Shown here one piece after another: positions 58,277 through 64,000 of a stretch of 64,000 bases of DNA. How positions within the stretch are numbered: position 1 is the first letter of the stretch; each line of letters begins with the position of its first letter. Made by a program: the position numbers and the translations under genes. This stretch comes from Chrysomallon squamiferum. Lineage: Eukaryota > Animalia > Mollusca. The DNA lies in assembly GCA_012295275.1 (NCBI GenBank), contig CM022671.1, positions 23,188,001-23,252,000 of the forward strand. Direction: 5' to 3'. The notes beneath the pieces are model-generated. The model was given only the letters and a program-made list of their open reading frames with translations. It made no database searches and was not told the DNA's origin.

Positions 58277-58975
58277 TATAAAAAGATTTTTAACAACAAT
58301 TGTGAATTTAAAAAAAAAAAAAAAATATCCAAAGAAGTGAAACAAACCTCGCATCATCAAACAAAGAAATAATTATGTTATAAAACCGTGTAGTGGTAAC
58401 ATCGACATAATACGCCGTTATTCGTTCGTCTTCGCCGTTTAACCGTTTCTCGCTGTTTGTACCGCTTTATTCAATTACCCGTCCAATCGTATGACATTTG
58501 GCTAGACGGTTTGCTGCTTATTTAATTGCCGAGAACTCCCGAGGACAGCCGTGACTTGAAGACGTTTCTTGCGAGGATAACAAGAGCAATTCTTTGAAGC
58601 TTCCCCTAGGGGGATCTACCTACGAAGAGAAAATTCTCAAACCGAATTTGCAGCCAAATCTGTGTAGGACTCCCGAGGCGCATTGCCCCAAGCCTCGTTA
58701 TCGCGTCCCATCTGCTCACGCAAATTAAATAGTGTTTGTTCCCTCATCTGAAAGTTGTAGTGGTGTTAACTACAGCGAGGCGAATAGAATTTGTAGAAAA
58801 ATAAAATAGTGGTAAAAGAAAAGTACTGAGAGACTGAATGTGTAATCTATCTATCTATCTATCTGTCTGTCTGCCTGTCTGTCTATGTATATAAATGCAA
58901 AACGCTGAAATAACAATAACTATGATAAATTATATTTGTAAATTATAACTGTACTTTAAATACAGTTTATTGATA

Positions 58976-59018
<43 letters not shown>

Positions 59019-59709
59019 TAAAGAATTAAAAAGAATAAGAAGAAGAACAACAACAACAATAGTAACAACAACCACAATGTATTTGTCCATAAGAAATTAA
59101 ATTACATCAATTTTCAAACTATTTTTTTTTTTTTAGAAAATAATTTTTCAGAAGTCACTCTTTAGGTTTCACCGGAGAATTTTTTTTTTTTTTTATTTTA
59201 TTTTTATTTGCATTTTGTCATTGTAAAATTTGCTTTCATATGTAAATTTTCTCAAGAAAAACAAAAAAAAGTAATAAAAACAAAAACTATTCCTGGATAT
59301 AAAATGGCTTGTTTGTTATAAGCGGATGGAAAGCGTATACACAACAGGTGCAAGAGCCTTTTTATGTTCCCGTGATTTGTTTATCATCAATTATTGTTAT
59401 AATTTGTCACTTTATACAGAAAGCTGAAGAAGAAATGCATGTCTGTCACATAAATCACTGCCTTGGTCAAAATAACGAATTCATAAATATTTAACTTTTA
59501 AAATTATTATTTTTATCCCAGTTTTATTACTTGGATATTCTTTATCTTTCGACACATAATTACATGTATTTGCTTTTTCTTACGCTAATTTTTGGCTTTC
59601 TGGTAGCAACAGATTTTACGTGACCTGATTATGCTTTATTTTGTTAAGTTTTAAAAATTAAAATAAATAATTAAAAAAAAATAGTGAATAATACTAATAA
59701 GGATGGTGA

Positions 59710-59774
59710 ATGATGATGATGATGATGATGATGATGATAATAGTAATAACAACGACAACAATAACAATAGTAAA

Positions 59775-59844
<70 letters not shown>

Positions 59845-59883
59845 TTAATAGTAATAATAATGATGATGATGATGATGATGATG

Positions 59884-59930
<47 letters not shown>
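59710..59930. repeat. Compound (GAT)n/(AAT)n microsatellite
   Basis: Directly visible. Confidence 0.96.
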
Positions 59931-59933
<3 letters not shown>

Positions 59934-60824
59934 CAGTTCATCACTGGACTCAAGTATCACAGATAATGACTTCGTTCTGCTTCGGTCGACTATTGCTATC
60001 GAAGAATGTAACAAGAGCGTGTTCTTGAACTGGAAAAACCATTAACTGACCAGTCCTTGTAATGTAAAAAAAAAAAAAACTCTTAAGTGACCAAACTCTG
60101 TCGATCAGTGCTACACTTCTAAGTGTTGTCCTTGCAGGCTGCGGACAACATAAAAAAAAAAAAACTAATAAAAAAAAAAAAACTGCCGCAAGGCAACGAA
60201 GAGACACGTTCCCTGGATGTAAACATGATAATTTGTGACTAATATGTCAAATCACGACCAACTATAACTCGATTTAGATGTGATACGCTCTCAATTCTCT
60301 CGCAATTGAACACCTTGGGGGATGCCTAATCTCATTTCAGAATAACAGACATTTCATTCCCTTCGCTCGCGAGCAGCAAAATAGCCCGACGGGAAATTTA
60401 GTGTAAAACAAGGGAGGAAATTTTCATAGCGCAGTTTCCATAGAAAAATGACGGCAAAGCTAATTTCTGGCCTGTTTTGGCCTTTGATCTCTATTAGATG
60501 TTTCAGAGTTTTGCAATTTATTTTTATAAAACTATTCCGCGATCTTATGTGCTTCGGTGTAGCTCTATTAGATTCTTTTTTTCTCTTGTGGATTTTCATA
60601 TAAAATAATGCGATGGTGGAAGAAGAATAAGAAGAAAAAAAAAAAAAATTAAAATAAAGAAAAGAGAAAACGAGGTATGGATTGAGAAAAGAGTAAATAC
60701 TGGAGATAAAAAAAAATAGTTTTTTAAAAAAAAGTTTAAATAGCTAAAATAACATATTAATGTGAATATATGGATTTCTAAATTCTGTTTATTTTTTTAT
60801 TTGTTTATTTTGTTCAGTAATTTG

Positions 60825-60943
<119 letters not shown>

Positions 60944-61815
60944 TAATAAATAAATAATAAAAAACTAATAATAATTTTAAAAATTTGAAACCCAGTTAAG
61001 AAGACAGTTAGGTTAAGGAAAGTGACACGAACTAAAATCACAAAATTATAAAAAAAAAAAAAAATAATAAAAAATTATTTACACAGTTTATGCCTCAAAG
61101 TGCGAACGTGCGTTCGTGTCCGTGTGTACGTGCATGGGCATTCACAACCGTGCGTTCGTGCGTACGTGCGTATTCATTCTGCACACAAATCGGCAGCATC
61201 CAGTCCGCTAACGCATTACTAGAGAAATGGATTTTCAATTTGTTTCGGTCTGCCCACAGATGTAAGCGATAAGAGTTCAATTCAATGCAACAATGATAAA
61301 CTGAAAGTTTTTCGATGCTGATTCGGATTAAATCCTTTTCGTCTGACACTCCTCGCTATCGGTGTCTCCATATAGATTGCTCCAGTTGTGCCCTTCGATC
61401 GATTCCTCGCAGGATTAATGGCGCCTGTTTGCGCGTGTCGAGCTCGCGGTTCAGTGGTCATAATACAAGTTTTTCATAAAACTACATACATCTGTGATAT
61501 TTCAGAGAAGTTCTTTAGCGCCCGCTGGCATGTTTCGTACGTTGTCGATATTTCTCGATAAAGTTTTCGTAAAATTTTTTAGTTAAAAACTTATTTCTCG
61601 TTTTTTTTTTTTTTTTTTTTTTTGTTTCTGTTTTTTTTTTTTTTTTTTTTTTTTTTCATTCTTTATACTTCTTTTTTTTAATTTTTTTTTTTTTTTTTTT
61701 TTTTTCTCCTTTTTAAATCATTCTCGTTTTCATTTTGTTTCTGTTGTTGTTCTTTTTCTCTTTGTTACCTTTTGTGTTTTTTTTTTTCTCGGTATCTTCC
61801 ATCTGTTGGGTGATT

Positions 61816-61846
<31 letters not shown>

Positions 61847-62001
61847 TGTATTTATTTATTTATTTGTTATGCCATTTTATAAATTGTATTATTTCGAACA
61901 ATAGTTCATTTCATCTACAGTTTATAACTTTTTGTATTCTTTTTATCATTTTTGTATTCTTTTTACCATTAATGATAATAAAAAAATAAATAAATAAATA
62001 A

Positions 62002-62037
<36 letters not shown>

Positions 62038-62424
62038 CAACATTTATAATTATTGGTTTCATAAATGGCATAAATGATTCATTTGACGCTTAATCTAAAT
62101 TTATATATATATTTATATATATATATATCTTTAATACGGTCGAACTTTAGCAAAAACGTTTTAGATTTGCGTTCAAGTTATTTCTTTTGCCTGTTGTGTG
62201 TGTATCAGTAGCAGACATCTAAATATTAGAGATTAAATGACTTGTTTAACATAAGACAAAACTTCTGCGCTCGCAGTTTGGTAAAATCATAAAGATAGTA
62301 AGCTATTTCTTGCAAAGACATTAAAATATTTCTTTATTTAGAACACAGAATTTCCGAGTGAATTAATACCCTAGAAAAAAATCTGAAAAAAAAATCTCTA
62401 CTATATAATAGTAATGAAAATGAA

Positions 62425-62455
<31 letters not shown>

Positions 62456-62466
62456 AAAAATAAATA

Positions 62467-62497
<31 letters not shown>

Positions 62498-62819
62498 GGA
62501 AATGAATTTATATTACACAAAATTGTATTTTGTTTGTACTGTGTAGAAAGGATTGCATTATTACATATTTAAATCAAAGAACACAATTTTGTCTGATATT
62601 TAGTGAGAATTAATATAAAAATTATATTTTTAGATAATTTCATTCATTCATTCATTCATTCATGTATTCATAAATTAATTCATTTTGTACTCATTTTTCT
62701 GCATAAACTAAAGCTGAAAACGTATAATGTTTTCAACAAAATTCTGATTATTAATCATTAATACATTTCTTGAAGTTTCCACAGTAATGAATATTAAAAT
62801 TTATGTTATTATTTCGACG

Positions 62820-63035
62820 GTGTTGTTAATATTAATATAACTGCAAACCTTTTAACACAGTCGTTAATATTAATATTAAGGTAAACATTTCAGCTTGCTA
62901 ATATTAATAATTGTGTAAACTTTAATTTTTCGGCAGTGTCGTTATCGTTAATATTAATATCAGGGCAAACATTTCAATTGTTAATATTAATGATTGTGTA
63001 AACCTTAATTTTTTTTACAGTGTCGTTAACGTAAA
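62820..63035. repeat. Degenerate tandem repeat anchored on TTAATATTAA, including an ~85-bp duplication
   Basis: About five (T/C)TAATATTAA cores; segment ...AAACATTTCA..TAATATTAAT.ATTGTGTAAAC.TTAATTTTT..CAGTGTCGTTA occurs twice. Confidence 0.8.
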
Positions 63036-64000
63036 TAATAATGCGAGTTTCTTACAAATTCAGTTTGCATGGATATTTATATTTTTGTAGTAAATTTTAT
63101 ATATATATATATACTAATGTAAATTTACGATAATGTAAAAGCTGTTTTGATTTATGAAAACAGTACACGTTTAATATTTATGATTGAAATTTATATTTAT
63201 TATTTAACTAAAAGAAATATTTTTATATGGCGACGACATAATAATTATATTAACTTGAAATAACTAATTAAATAGTACACGCTAAATTATAATGACTAAA
63301 CAAACAAACAAACAAAAATAAAAAAATAAGCTCGTTAAAAAAAAAAAAAAAATTAAGTCAGCATAACAAATTTCCAAACTGAAACTTACAAACAAAAATA
63401 CTGCGACACTGACATGAAATGGACATCCTACAACACGTGTTTCTCACAAACACACACACACACACACAGACACACATCATATGGAACGTTTACGGGGATT
63501 AACCTCTAAGCCGCTAATTATTAGTTTTTTAATTTTCTGACTGCAATCTCTACATTAATTACAATTAGAAAACAACAGGGAGACAGGCTGCAGCAATAAC
63601 ACTAACAATGCCATCGCCATGCGTGAGTGGAAACCTCATAATATAAAGTACAGAGCGAAGACGAGACAAATTAAAAGCTTATTACAATATAACAGTAATA
63701 TATAACTCCCGCTGGCAGCTTCGAGCACGGAATTTGCAAGAGGAAAATGACAAAGCGATGGACACGGGGAAAATAAATATGTTCGATGTCGATCGACGCG
63801 TGTCCGCCAATTTCCTAATTATACAGTTTTGTGTTTACACACTCCGACAGATGTTTGCTATTACTGATAGCTGTAATTAACATCGTCGTGTCCGGTAATT
63901 AGTTCACCGTAATAGTAATAACAGTAATAGTAATAATAATAATAGTAATAATAATAATAATAGTAATACTAATAGTAATAATAATGGTCACATAATAACT

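Noticed and set aside
61105-61180. Cluster of CGTG motifs as bHLH-PAS sites
   Set aside because: Better explained as a decayed (CGTG)n tetranucleotide repeat.

Overview
AT-rich, microsatellite-dense animal genomic DNA, probably from a mollusc/gastropod (inferred from repeat style only). The only well-supported gene is the 5' half of a LIM-homeobox gene of the Lhx1/5 (Lim1/lin-11) family on the + strand. Coding exon 1 (38827-38996) encodes LIM domain 1 and coding exon 2 (41601-41803) encodes LIM domain 2. No homeodomain exon is visible, so intron 2 runs past the window end (>22 kb). The rest is an apparent gene desert: about 40 short CpG-rich, complex-sequence islands alternate with poly(A/T) and microsatellite spacers, consistent with a developmental-gene regulatory landscape. 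The most notable signals are a probable GC-AG donor at exon 2 with competing donors that would give LIM-only or NMD isoforms, an in-frame CUG/ACG-initiable N-terminal extension with uORFs, a perfect 30-bp-arm palindrome, and a ~57-bp minisatellite. Nearly all other ORFs in the track are microsatellite artefacts. I found no prokaryote-type system (CRISPR etc.). Motif calls were made by eye and are not statistically tested.
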